Of a stretch of DNA of 64,000 nucleotides, positions 40,101 to 53,164 are shown piece after piece. The notes under the pieces were generated by a model. The model worked only from the letters and a program-made list of their open reading frames with translations, was not told where the DNA came from and did not search any database. Position 1 is the first letter of the stretch. Every line of letters starts with the position of its first letter. The DNA is taken from contig OX597836.1 of the NCBI GenBank assembly GCA_951406725.2, positions 37,138,001-37,202,000 on the forward strand. The letters run 5' to 3'. The DNA comes from Octopus vulgaris (lineage: Eukaryota). The translations under genes were made by a program, and so were the position numbers.

Positions 40101-40655
40101 ACCCACTTCTACGCCGATATTCATAATATTTTTGTCATAATAATTTTAAAGATTTTAACAGAAGAATATCTCAGGGCAGAGATTAATTCTGTTATCTCTT
40201 TTGAGAAATGATCTGAAACAGGCTTATTAAATGCACGCAAAATGTCAATACTTGGCTTTGGTTTTATTAACCATACATACATCAATGCATAAATACTTGC
40301 ATACGTACATACATACATACATACATACATACATACATACATACATTCATGATGGCTGCCCCCTCGTTATCGAGTATGCCCATTGCACGAAGATCTACAA
40401 TGCGGGATGAAAAACAAAACCCGTCAAGGGGCGGAGGAACTCTTGAGAGTCAACGGCCAACCAATAAATGTGTAATTATATATTTACTGTATATCTGCCT
40501 TTTTCTCACTAATTTTTATATATTGTATATTTTTATAGCTTGCTCATTATATGAATTTTTATACACTTCACATCATATATTTTATTTATATTTTGTATAA
40601 CATACATACATACATATATTCATACATACATATATACATATATACTAATACCTAC

Positions 40656-40715
<60 letters not shown>

Positions 40716-40816
40716 CAAATATTATATAGTCTATTGACTATTTTTCCTTTCTCACTTGACCGCTGGTAGCGGAGAATTTTTCTAGAATTTTTTGCTACCC
40801 TAAAATTTATTAATTA

Positions 40817-40901
<85 letters not shown>

Positions 40902-41082
40902 ATATTAGGGAATAAATCCAAATTTACAGGGAAAATTAGATTTAGGATTGAATCCAATTTTATAGTAAAATATTATATTATATTAATTAGAGACAAAACC
41001 ACTATTATGCAAATCAAACAAAGAAAGACTTAAGCCAATACATAAAATAATTTATATAAATTAAGATTTAACAATTATAAAT

Positions 41083-41136
41083 AACCACTACGATCGTTTC
41101 GTGTCAGCACATCTTTGAGACATTCTTCAGGTGGTT
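41083..41136 (-). ncRNA. Minimal type I hammerhead ribozyme, intact core
   Basis: Minus strand: AACCAC-CTGAAGA-A-TGTC-(13 nt)-GACA-C-GAAA-CGATCG-TA-GTGGTT; 6-bp stem I, palindrome ACGATCGT, GUA triplet. Confidence 0.85.
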
Positions 41137-41160
41137 TCAAAACCTTCTTGGCGAGTTTTA

Positions 41161-41214
41161 AACCACCTGAAGAATGTCTCAAAGATGTGCTGACACGAAA
41201 TGATCGTAGTGGTT
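41161..41214 (+). ncRNA. Minimal type I hammerhead ribozyme (inverted duplicate)
   Basis: Same as 41083-41136 except C15.2>T (GAAATGATCGTA). Confidence 0.8.
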
Positions 41215-41313
41215 ATTTATAATTGTTAAATTTTAATTTATATAAATTATTTTATGTATTGGCTTAAGTCTTTCTTTGTTTGATTTGCATAATAGTGGTT
41301 TTGTCTCTAATTA

Positions 41314-41364
<51 letters not shown>

Positions 41365-41367
<3 letters not shown>

Positions 41368-42172
41368 ATGGACTTCATTCAGTTTCCGTCTACCAAATCC
41401 ACAAGTCTCTGCCCAGCCCGAGGCCGTAGTAGAAATCACCTGCCTAAAGTGTCACGCAGTGGGACGGAGCCCCAAACCATGTGGTTGGGAAGCGACTTAC
41501 CACACAGCCGCGCCTGCAAGCTGGAAAATAAATTGCAATAATAACCCGAGAATCATAAGGGCGTCAGACAAAAGTCATCACTTTGAGTTCAAGCTCCACC
41601 GAGGTCTCCTTCGTTACTTATATTTCAAGAATTTTTATTTGGTATTTTGGGGCGCCGCCTTGATGGATTTACTCGAACAAATAGTCTCTAGTACTTCTAT
41701 ACATTTTAAAAAGTCTGGTACATATTCTATCGTTTTTTTTTTTTTTTACGCGAGCCGCTAAGTTGTAAACAAATCTTGCACAACAAGACGTAAACAAATC
41801 GGCACTGGTTTTCAAGCGGTGGTGGAGGACAAACACACACACATAGACACAGGCACGTATACATGTAAATATATACATCTATATAGATATATAGGAATGT
41901 ACACACATGTGTGTGCGTGTGTGAGTGTGTGTGTGTGCATGTATGTATGTATCCATGTATGTACGTATTTATTTATGTATCTATGTATGTATGTATGTAT
42001 GTATGTATGCATGTATGTATGTATATATGTATGTATTCGACCTCTTTTAGCTTCCGTCTACCAAATTCAATTACAAATCACTGGTTGGTCCGAGGCTGCA
42101 GAAAATACTTACCCAGAGTGCCACGTAGTGGGTCTGAACCTGAAACCACGTGGCTGGGAAGGTATCATCTTA
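41365..42172 (-). mobile_element. Two diverged SINE family A copies
   Basis: 41365-41515 (5' half) and 41655-42172 (with an expanded internal TATG array). Confidence 0.7.
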
Positions 42173-42659
42173 CCATACAAAGAGTAACGGTAAGTCAAGT
42201 TAGATTTATTGATACAAGTGACTGTACGAGAAGAAATATTCCAATAAGAAAGATTCTTGTATTAATACATACCCCGAATAAACAATTGATCTAACAATTT
42301 ATTCTTTTAAGACTCACTGATGTAAGAAACGAATAGACACTTCTAAAAGAAGCACAAATCACCAAGTTTAAATGTAGGGTGTGGAAGCAATAATTGTTAT
42401 ACATGTTTGTGGGCGAAAGCTGGATGAAAGGCGTTCGAAGAATTTTATTCATGGAGCGTCAGCGCAGATGCAAGTCATCATGAAAAGTTAAAGGGAGCAC
42501 AAAAATTTGACATGTGGTGCAGCACTATAGAACTTTACTCCTGTTTCGAACATCGGTGAACATCGGTGAATTAAGAGATAAGATCAGGGATTGAGATAAA
42601 CGACGAAATTCATCTCTCAAATTGAGACTTTGTGTCTATGTAGGATAGTAAAACATTGT

Positions 42660-42810
42660 TACATATCTGAGCTCAAATTTCGCCGAGGTCGACTTTGCCT
42701 TTCATCCTTTCGGTGTCGACAAACTAAGTACCAATTGAACACTAGGGTCGATATAATCGACTAGGGCCCTCCTCAAAACACCTGGCCTTGTGCCAAAATT
42801 TGAATCCAAT
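42660..42810 (+). mobile_element. SINE family B
   Basis: CGCCGAGGTCGACTTTGCCTTTCATCCTTTCGG..AAGTACC..GGGTCGAT. Confidence 0.8.
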
Positions 42811-42836
42811 GTCTAGTAATATAAGGAAATATATAC

Positions 42837-43352
42837 TGTAAAGTATAGAAGCCATCTTATCATGGCTAACCACATTGGGGAGGGGGTGTTACTGTAGCTT
42901 TATTACCCCAAGAGATCTTCGTCTCTAGCTGGCTTTAGACACAATATCTATGTCCTTGGAGTATTTGCAACGGGAGGCCATCCCTTCCTCGCAAGCCTGA
43001 GTGATACGCTCGAACTAGTTTCGGGATTGTTGTCCCTCGTCAACGGGCGGTAACCACCAGGTAGCAATGAAAGTGAAGGCTCCTTTGCAAATATATATAA
43101 GTTTTTCTAATGGCGTCTGCCACAGATGTCGAAAAACGAACAGTACGCATAATTAAATCTCAGAATGAGATTGAAACAGTAATCGCTCGATAATGTAAAG
43201 TATAGAAGCCATCTTATCACGGCTAACCACACTGGGGAGGGGGTGTTACTGTAGCTTTATAGCCCCCCTTTGCAAATACTCCAAGGACACAGATATTGTG
43301 TCTAAAGCCAGCTAGAGACGAAGATCTCTTGGGGCTATAAAGCTACAGTAAC
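42837..43352 (-). mobile_element. PLE pseudo-LTR / retrozyme-like unit with partial direct and inverted duplications
   Basis: Direct repeat 42837-42909 / 43194-43266 (period 357 bp); 43270-43352 is the reverse complement of ~42887-42970; internal hammerhead. Confidence 0.8.
43007..43049 (-). ncRNA. Minimal type I hammerhead motif (U3 variant)
   Basis: Minus strand: CGCCCG-TTGACGA-GGGA-CAACAA-TCCC-GAAA-CTAG-TT-CGAGCG; stem I 5 of 6 pairs, palindrome ACTAGT, GUU triplet. Confidence 0.72.
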
Positions 43353-43618
43353 TCTTTTGCCGAACCGCTAGGTGACGGGGACGTAAACACACCAGCATCG
43401 GTTGTCACGCAATGCTAGAGGGACAAACACAGACACACAAACATATTCACACACATACATATACATATATACAACAGGCTTCTTTCAGTTTCCGTCTACC
43501 AAATCCACTCACAAGGCTTTGGTCGGACCGAGGCTATAGCAGAAGACACTTGCCCAAGATGCCACGCAGTGGGACTGAACCCAGAACTATGTGGCTGGTT
43601 AGCAAGCTACTTACCACA
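43353..43618 (-). mobile_element. SINE family A lacking its tail
   Basis: Near-identical to 7190-7470. Confidence 0.88.
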
Positions 43619-44075
43619 TGATAACTATATTTTCATACATAGTAATAGTCCAAAAATTGTGATATATAAGAAATGAAAAATAAATATTTAATATATAGCA
43701 ATTGTACAAATATTATATTAGTTAAAGTGAAGTCGATGTATTATTTTGCAATGATTGTGGTATATTTATCAAAGTTTTGATAGTGAGTATACATATGCAC
43801 AGGCGTGCGTGTGTGTGAGTGGGCATGTATTTGCTTGTGTGTGGAGGGAGGGTGCTTCCGTGGGTGTGCTTTTTAATTTTACATTAGAATCAATCAAAAG
43901 CAAGTAAACAAAGATGGAATCATTACTTTCAACAACTTTCTTATCGTTAATTATTTACTCAGACATCAGATATAAATCAATTCTAGACATTTATCGATTA
44001 ATTATGTATGTAGGTATAATATATATGTGTATGTGTGTGTGTGTGTGTGTGTGAGTGAGTGTGTGTGTATGTGTG

Positions 44076-44275
<200 letters not shown>

Positions 44276-44305
44276 TACATACATACATACATATATATAT
44301 ATATG

Positions 44306-44351
<46 letters not shown>

Positions 44352-44392
44352 TTTACATACACAGTGCGGGAGAGTGAAAGAGACATAGATTT

Positions 44393-44542
<150 letters not shown>

Positions 44543-44683
44543 CGCTGGACACAAACATATATATACAGATATTCATAAAATTCATACTTACATATGAAAG
44601 CATATATATAGATATCCGTCTGTATATCTATACATCAATACATACACACACACACACAAATATATATATATATATATATATAC

Positions 44684-44722
<39 letters not shown>

Positions 44723-45101
44723 TGTGTGTTCGTACACATATGCATATACACATATGTGCGCGCACAGAACTATTCTATTTTTTTTATGTCTGCAGGAAAA
44801 TAAAAACATAGAAAATTGAATGAAATAAAATCATTGACCTCGAAGAATGACCTTCTTCGTTCAAAAAGACTAAATGTCATTCTTGCCTGGAATTAAAAAG
44901 TAAAGAAAAAAAAAACAAATCAATTTATTAGACTTACCAGAAAAAACATAGATTTTCTATTTCTGTGTGTGATTTATTTATTTTTCTGTTATTTACAACT
45001 CAATCTGAAAGACGGAATTTTAACTCTGCCGCAGCTGATTGTCGCATGCAATATTTGAAACGCATATATAAATAAATATATATTATGAATCATATATATA
45101 A

Positions 45102-45209
<108 letters not shown>

Positions 45210-45305
45210 CATATCTCGGGGATACCGATCTGAAATATGGCTAGGGACAGTCGATCTTAGAAAGGCTCGCACCTATGTGTGTGGTGGTCAACTTGCGCTG
45301 CAAGG

Positions 45306-48111
45306 TCTATATATATAGATTTTCTTCACACAACTTTCGATCCTTAACAATGAAACTTGGTAGATTCAAAAGTTAAACACACAAACAAACAAGTTGAGTT
45401 TTATATATATAGATTTTCTACACACAACTTTCGATCCTTAACAATGAAACTTGGTAGATTCAAAAGTTAAACACACAAACAAACAAGTTGAGTTTTATAT
45501 ATATAGATTTTCTACACGCAACTTTCGATCCTTAACAATGAAACTTGGTAGATTCAAAAGTTAAACACACAAACAAACAAGTTGAGTTTTATATATATAG
45601 ATTTTCTACACGCAACTTTCGATCCTTAACAATGAAACTTGGTAGATTCAAAAGTTAACACACACAAACAAACAAGTTGAGTTTTATATATATAGATTTT
45701 CTACACAACTTTCGATCCTTAACAATGAAACTTGGTAGATTCAAAAGTTAAACACACAAACAAACAAGTTGAGTTTTATATATATAGATTTTCTTCACAC
45801 AACTTTCGATCCTTAACAATGAAACTTGGTAGATTCAAAAGTTAAACACACAAACAAACAAGTTGAGTTTTATATATATAGATTTTCTTCACACAACTTT
45901 CGATCCTTAACAATGAAACTTGGTAGATACAAAAATTAAACACACAAACAAACAAGTTGAGTTTTATATATATAGATTTTCTTCACACGACATTCGATCC
46001 TTAACAATGAAACTTGGTAGATTCAAAAGTTAAACACACAAACAAACAAGTTGAGTTTTATATATATAGATTTTCTACACGCAACTTTCGATCCTTAACA
46101 ATGAAACTTGGTAGATCCAAAAGTTAAACACACAAACAAACAAGTTGAGTTTTATATATATAGATTTTCTTCACAAAACTTTCGATCCTTAACAATGAAA
46201 CTTGGTAGATTCAAAAGTTAAACACACAAACAAACAAGTTGAGTTTTATATATATAGATTTTCTACACACAACTTTCGATCCTTAACAATGAAACTTGGT
46301 AGATCCAAAAGTTAAACACACAAACAAACAAGTTGAGTTTTATATATATAGATTTTCTTCACACAACTTTCGATCCTTAACAATGAAACTTGGTAGATTC
46401 AAAAGTTAAACACACAAACAAACAAGTTGAGTTTTATATATATAGATTTTCTTCACACAACTTTCGATCCTTAACAATGAAACTTGGTAGATTCAAAAGT
46501 TAAACACACAAACAAACAAGTTGAGTTTTATATATATAGATTTTCTTCACACGCAACTTTCGATCCTTAACAATGAAACTTGGTAGATTCAAAAGTTAAA
46601 CACACAAACAAACAAGTTGTATATATAAGTTTTATATATATAGATTTTCTTCACACAACTTTCGATCCTTAACAATGAAACTTGGTAGATTCAAAAGTTA
46701 AACACACAAACAAACAAGTTGAGTTTTATATATAGAGATTTTCTACACGCAACTTTCGATCCTTAACAATGAAACTTGGTAGATTCAAAAGTTAAACACA
46801 CAAACAAACAAGTTGAGTTTTATATATATAGATTTTCTTCACACAACTTTCGATCCTTAACAATGAAACTTGGTAGATTCAAAAGTTAAACACACAAACA
46901 AACAAGTTGAGTTTTATATATATAGATTTTCTTCACACAACTTTCGATCCTTAACAATGAAACTTGGTAGATTCAAAAGTTAAACACACAAACAAACAAG
47001 TTGAGTTTTATATATATAGATTTTCTTCACACAACTTTCGATCCTTAACAATGAAACTTGGTAGATTCAAAAGTTAAACACACAAACAAACAAGTTGAGT
47101 TTTATATATATAGATTTTCTTCACACAACTTTCGATCCTTAACAATGAAACTTGGTAGATTCAAAAGTTAAACACACAAACAAACAAGTTGAGTTTTATA
47201 TATATAGATTTTCTTCACACAACTTTCGATCCTTAACAATGAAACTTGGTAGATTCAAAAGTTAAACACACAAACAAACAAGTTGAGTTTTATATATATA
47301 GATTTTCTTCACACAACTTTCGATCCTTAACAATGAAACTTGGTAGATTCAAAAGTTAAACACACAAACAAACAAGTTGAGTTTTATATATATAGATTTT
47401 CTTCACACAACTTTCGATCCTTAACAATGAAACTTGGTAGATTCAAAAGTTAAACACACAAACAAACAAGTTGAGTTTTATATATATAGATTTTCTTCAC
47501 ACAACTTTCGATCCTTAACAATGAAACTTGGTAGATTCAAAAGTTAAACACACAAACAAACAAGTTGAGTTTTATATATATAGATTTTCTTCACACAACT
47601 TTCGATCCTTAACAATGAAACTTGGTAGATTCAAAAGTTAAACACACAAACAAACAAGTTGAGTTTTATATATATAGATTTTCTTCACACAACTTTCGAT
47701 CCTTAACAATGAAACTTGGTAGATTCAAAAGTTAAACACACAAACAAACAAGTTGAGTTTTATATATATAGATTTTCTTCACACAACTTTCGATCCTTAA
47801 CAATGAAACTTGGTAGATTCAAAAGTTAAACACACAAACAAACAAGTTGAGTTTTATATATATAGATTTTCTTCACACAACTTTCGATCCTTAACACACA
47901 GACAACTTAGTTTATATATATAGATTTTCTACACCAACTTTCGATCCTTAACAATGAAACTTGGTAGATTCAAAAGTTAAACACACAAACAAACAAGTTG
48001 AGTTTTATATATATAGATTTTCTTCACACAACTTTCGATCCTTAACAATGAAACTTGGTAGATTCAAAAGTTAAACACACAAACAAACAAGTTGAGTTTT
48101 ATATATATAGA
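45306..48111. repeat. Tandem satellite, 94-bp unit, about 30 copies
   Basis: Unit GATTTTCTTCACACAACTTTCGATCCTTAACAATGAAACTTGGTAGATTCAAAAGTTAAACACACAAACAAACAAGTTGAGTTTTATATATATA; one shortened unit near 47866-47924. Confidence 0.97.
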
Positions 48112-48714
48112 TTTCTCAACGGGGATTTCAGGGGAGAGTTTCAGGGAGTCGCTGGCGATGTATCGGGATGATCAAAAATCCGGACTGCTAAAATTTGGTT
48201 AAAGTGATTCAAACTGCAGACTCAACGCAAAACGGTCACATTTAATTCAAAGCGTTAAAAATGTTATGAAAACAATTGGTATGTGTCCACAAAGTCCAAA
48301 CGTTTAATACGAAAAAACTCTCCAGGCTACATCCCGAAAATTCATTTCTTTGGCGAATTTCTACAATGTTTACGGCGATTCGTTTTTATATCTTGATTTT
48401 TTATTTTTCATGCAATTTATGCATGCTTGCACGCATGGTGAACACAGTTCACTTCAAACAGGTGACTGAGTAAAGTTCCCTATTCAATGCATGGGATAAG
48501 GCCTAAACAAACACATTATCGATTTTTGCACTTGCGAGATGAATTTCGAAACAGAAATAGCGCAGTTCAATTTTCATTTGCCTAAACTGTAAGTGACCCA
48601 TTTTTAGTGGTTCTACGATTTGTTGGCAAGGAGGAGATGTGCCGGGAAGTTAAACACACAGACACACACACAGATACACACACAGACACACAAGTTGAGT
48701 TTTATATATATAGA
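48112..48714 (-). mobile_element. 5' portion of a Helitron-like element
   Basis: Minus strand begins A|TCTATATATATAAAACTCAACTTGTGTGTCTGTG.., the same style as the Helitron starts at 18720, 20843 and 39072. No CTAG 3' end located. Confidence 0.6.
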
Positions 48715-48726
48715 TATATATGTATA

Positions 48727-48779
<53 letters not shown>

Positions 48780-48859
48780 TTACGTGTGTCTACGTGTGTG
48801 TGTATCCGTTTCAAATATTGCATTATCATCATTAATGACAATAGGTTCTCGTTCCTAGC

Positions 48860-48975
48860 TGGTGGGGTGTGCTTGCCTCCCCTTCGCAAATATAAGGACA
48901 CAGGAAATGTGTCAAAGCCGACAGGAAGCGTCGATGCTTCCTAGGGCTAAATAGCGGTGGTGTAATTCCCTTTAC
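48860..48975 (+). mobile_element. Diverged fragment of the 42837-43352 family
   Basis: GCAAATATAAGGACACAGGAAATGTGTCAAAGCC resembles GCAAATACTCCAAGGACACAGATATTGTGTCTAAAGCC. Confidence 0.5.
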
Positions 48976-49199
48976 GTGACTGTCACGTTATGTTGACAGT
49001 ATACAACCACTCTATGGCTCCACCACCGCTCACGTCTCTTTGAGACATTTAGAAATTCAGTAATTCTAATTAGTTAATAATTTCTCATTGATGAGAATAT
49101 TTTCGTCCGAGAAAGACAGATCTGCGACATCTTACTGAACAACGTGTAGATATGATTTGCTTATTGCTATTAAGTATATGTTATTGTACGTTTGCTCGC

Positions 49200-49390
49200 C
49201 AGCACAATAAAGTTGACGTTACCTGAATAGGTGTCACGGTGCACCGCACGTCAGGTGTAGGAGGGATTGCAGTGCAACTTGAGAAGATGTGTTTTGCTCA
49301 ACAACACGACGCTCCACCCCGTACAGGGATTGAAACCACGATATAGCGATCGCAAGTGCAGTGACCTGACCACTAATCTATGCGCACTCA
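49200..49390 (-). mobile_element. SINE family D, degenerate
   Basis: GTGTTTTGCTCAACAACACGAC..GATTGAAACC..GACCACTAA. Confidence 0.6.
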
Positions 49391-49675
49391 CCACCCAACG
49401 GTAATTTTACAAATACAGAACACGTATACAGACACTATATATATCATGAGTGTGTCTGTGTGTGTGTGCACATATAAAGGTCACCAAAGTCAACAAGGGC
49501 ACTAATTAGCACCAGTATTGCTAGAAATAAGAGTCAAACAAATTAATAAGGACAAGAAATTGTATGTATTAATGCCTTTAGGTTGCAAAATTTTGAATTA
49601 GCCACCCATATTATTTATATATATACACACACATACACAAACATGTATACACACGCATAGATACACACAAATATA

Positions 49676-49716
<41 letters not shown>

Positions 49717-49719
<3 letters not shown>

Positions 49720-50050
49720 GGTAATAAAAATTATAGAAATTATTATTACCAGTGGACTAGCACAAAAAAATAGTCAATAGATTATATATTATTCACATAA
49801 AAATATCGTGTACATTAGAAAATATTAAGAGGCTTCTAAATAGGAAAGCCTTGTACTAGAAAGAGTAGTAGAAAACTCAAACCACTAATTATGGATAAAT
49901 TCTCGAAAGGATTGAAAATTAAAAACGTTTACCATCTAATTTAGTTCCTAGACCATGGTTTCTACCTCATTCCAGTACAAAAATATTTACTGAGGCTAGT
50001 TTTCGTCAGTAGAGAGCCTTTAGATTTCAAATATACACACAACTAGATTC
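49717..50050 (-). mobile_element. PLE-like 3' terminal fragment between (TA)n arrays
   Basis: Contains a hammerhead and the terminal hairpin GGTAATAA..TTATTACC; homologous to 50787-51050. Confidence 0.75.
49946..50014 (-). ncRNA. Type I hammerhead ribozyme motif, canonical core
   Basis: Minus strand: CTCTA-CTGACGA-(..CCTCA..TGAGG..)-GAAA-CCATGG-TC-TAGGA; palindrome ACCATGGT, GUC triplet; the base of stem II is imperfect. Confidence 0.72.
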
Positions 50051-50052
50051 GC

Positions 50053-50180
<128 letters not shown>

Positions 50181-50239
50181 AAGACTACCTGCAATTTTTT
50201 TTCCTATGTCCTCCGTCTCGGGATCTTTCTTTCTCCTAT

Positions 50240-50274
50240 GTTTCCGACGAAGAGCTCCGCTCGAAACGTCATAC
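50240..50274 (+). ncRNA. Minimal hammerhead-like motif (CCGACGA-A family)
   Basis: GTTT-CCGACGA-A-GAGC-TCC-GCTC-GAAA-C-GTC-ATAC, inside a ~190-bp insert (50178-50370) between TA arrays. Confidence 0.6.
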
Positions 50275-50365
50275 CCTCCTTCTTCCATTTTCCTGAGCGC
50301 CTAATAATAATAATACTGTAATTGTTCCACGTGCTGTTGTTTTTTCTGTTTTCCCGTTTGGATTA

Positions 50366-50406
<41 letters not shown>

Positions 50407-50408
<2 letters not shown>

Positions 50409-50716
50409 GTTTAAATACTTGTTGTGCAAGATTTTTATGTGAAGTCGTGTGTTGAAACAGATATTGTTATATTTCGGAATGGTCATTTTGCCAGTTTAGC
50501 CCAAAAAATGGCTGACGGTTAGTAAGGAGAGACACAAATAAGTAAGATGAAAACAAAGGACCACTGATGCGGTCACAGGAGTGTGACGAAAGAATTCTGG
50601 CCGAAATAAGATTAAGATTAATGTAAAAAATAAATAACACCGACGCAAAGTAACACCAAATATATAGTGCGTGTGTTTTTATTGGCTAAACTGGCAAAAT
50701 GACCATTCCGAAATAT

Positions 50717-50721
<5 letters not shown>
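50407..50721. mobile_element. PLE-like fold-back element between (TA)n arrays
   Basis: Perfect inverted arms 50464-50501 and 50684-50721; related to 25052-25320. Confidence 0.78.
50558..50602 (+). ncRNA. Hammerhead-like motif (CUGAUGC-G variant)
   Basis: GGACCA-CTGATGC-G-GTCAC-AGGAGT-GTGAC-GAAA-GAA-TTC-TGGCC; stem II 5 bp, stem I CCA/TGG. Confidence 0.55.
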
Positions 50722-50779
<58 letters not shown>

Positions 50780-50786
50780 AATATAA

Positions 50787-51270
50787 AGGGTAGGAATATT
50801 ATAGAAATTTTCCTACCAGTTGCCTAACATGCAGCAAATAGTCAATAGACGATATATTATTCATATAAAATTAGTGTACATTTAAACACATAAGAGGTGC
50901 CATGATAGGAAAACTAACATGCTAGAAGGACCAGTCAAAATCCAAACCATAGTTAGGGGTAATTTCGAAGCGAATGAAAAGTAAAGACATTTAACATATT
51001 TTGTTACCGGACCAAAGTTTCGAACATTAATTAGCAAATAAAATAATTTGCCTGGCGACGTACGCCAAAGATTAACATAGAATTATAAGGCAAAATAGCG
51101 CATATCTCATCTATATGTGTTATAATTCTTCAAATCCACAGCGCAAGCGCAGAGTTTGTCGGCAGCAAAAAGGATGTTAATTTACTTCAAAATTACTAAA
51201 ATCATATTAGGAAAAATATACAGGGTAGGAAAATTATAGAAAATTTTATACCAGTGGCCTAGCATGCCAG
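50787..51270 (-). mobile_element. PLE-like terminal fragments of the 49717-50050 family
   Basis: Terminal hairpin GGTAGGAA..TTCCTACC; hammerhead 3' half (minus strand GAAACTTTGGTC) near 51010-51021; second terminus at 51222-51268. Confidence 0.62.
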
Positions 51271-51349
51271 GTGTCCTGTCAGCGTTCCTCTTATGTATTT
51301 ATATGTAGACTAATTTTATATGTGTGTATGTGTGTGTGTGTGTGCATGT

Positions 51350-51388
<39 letters not shown>

Positions 51389-51568
51389 AATCTGATCAAC
51401 TGTCAAATTGTGAATAACCATATAATTTAACACTATAAACACGCGTCTCGAAGTAAACCGACAGAAATTTCTAAAAAATTCCATTATTACCGTTATTAAC
51501 AATTTGTCTTTTCGGCATATTTGGCATTAGAATTTTTTTCTTTTGCCCTTGTTTATAAGTTGTTTATA

Positions 51569-51604
<36 letters not shown>

Positions 51605-51699
51605 AACAAATTTATACATAAAATATATATAAAAAATATATGATAGAAGGTATGATGAGGTAAACAAACCTTCTTGGGACATAACATAGAAAGCATGTT

Positions 51700-51972
51700 C
51701 TATCTGTCTTCTTTAGGGGACCAAAAACGTAACAGAAATTTAGTCACATATAGGCATGATCCGAAAAGTTCTGCCCTTGAATTTAGACATGTAGTAGGGT
51801 CTAAGCTGCTTTTCCAGATAAGCCATCTCTCCATGTCGCATAGACTGCACCTTCCGTAGCCGTTGGTGTAGGGCTTACATTTGGCCCAAATCTTCCAATG
51901 TATGTTATAATCGACACCTTTATCTCTTAAAGACCAAATATGATTAGATAATTGTGTCGCTTTTCTTTTGTT
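51700..51972 (-). pseudogene. Penelope-like element GIY-YIG endonuclease C-terminal fragment
   Basis: ATQLSNHIWSLRDKGVDYNIHWKI..KPY....CSLCDMER.LI....LNSRAELFGSC; same motif layout as 59698-60110. Confidence 0.85.
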
Positions 51973-52072
<100 letters not shown>

Positions 52073-52103
52073 ATATCATATTATGTTATATTATATAAGC
52101 AAA

Positions 52104-52373
52104 TGCAGTGTGGAAAGTGTTTATAAGCCATTTAAAAACACAAAACCTGTTAGATTCACTTCAACATTTAAATTTAATTTGCCAAAACATCTTCGTCGCT
52201 TTGCGACCGTGATCTTTTCGCTCGTAAAACTCGGTGCTGCATCTCAATGAATATTGAACAGGTCGCGATCTCAAAGCGACGAAAATATTTTGGCATATTA
52301 AATTTAAATGTTGAAATGAATCTAACGCTCTTTGTGTGTCTTTAAATGGCTTATAAACATCTTCCACGCTGCA
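52104..52373. mobile_element. PLE-like fold-back element
   Basis: Inverted arms 52104-52203 and 52272-52373; TA-rich flanks. Confidence 0.7.
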
Positions 52374-52659
52374 ACATTTTTTCTTTTCAGCACACGATCT
52401 CAGAGCAGGTCAGTTGCTATGTATGTACATCTCCGTAATTATATTATATTATATTATATTATATTATATGTATGTATATATAAGTTCAGTAAAATTTAGA
52501 TTCTGTTCAATATGGTACTTTAGTTAAAGGCACCAGAATTTAGTATGATATATATATATATATATGCACATACATACATACAAACATACAACCAAACATA
52601 CATACATATCTACAAGTAGATTTTCATGGAACAAATCCATCCCAATACTTTTCTATCTC

Positions 52660-52950
52660 AGTTTCGTCCTTATTCTATGGGGGTCGTTTTTGCTGAAGCG
52701 CTAAGTTAAGGGAATTAACCAAGCCAACATGGTTGCCAAACTGTGTTGGAGGACAAACACAAGCATAAACACACACATACATACACACCCACAACACATG
52801 CTTCTTTCGAGTTTCCTTCTACGAAATCCACTCACACGGCTCCTGTCGCCCTGGGATATAGTAGAAGTCTCTTTCCCCTGTTGCAACGACGTAGAACACA
52901 TACTCAAAAGATGTGGTTGTGATGCAAACATCTTACAACCCAGCCACGCT
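52660..52950 (-). mobile_element. SINE family A, strongly diverged
   Basis: GGACAAACACA..CTTCTTTCGAGTTTCC..AAATCCACTCAC..CAGCCACGC. Confidence 0.65.
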
Positions 52951-53164
52951 TGCGCATATCAGTACTAAATACTAAGTACTAAGCTAGACTTTGCTTAACT
53001 TTCGTCGTCGTTCCACGACTGGTACTTTCAACGAAACATGACATGGGTTTATATAATCATATATACGCATGGGAATATGCATGTCTAATCGTGAGCATGT
53101 GTGTGCATGTATCTGTGTGTGTCTGTTTCTATGTATGCTTTTCTGAATACGTATGTCAACGTGT

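Larger units (their letters stand above)
40900..41320. mobile_element. Young PLE-like fold-back element between two (TA)n arrays
   Basis: Near-perfect inverted arms ~40978-41137 and 41160-41320 with a ~22-bp spacer. Confidence 0.85.

Noticed and set aside
43152-43190. Second hammerhead (AATCTC/GAGATT hairpin followed by GAAACAGTA)
   Set aside because: No CUGANGA-like core upstream and no stem I partner
45306-48111. CRISPR-like regular array
   Set aside because: Units are contiguous and near-identical with no unique spacers; eukaryotic context and no cas genes
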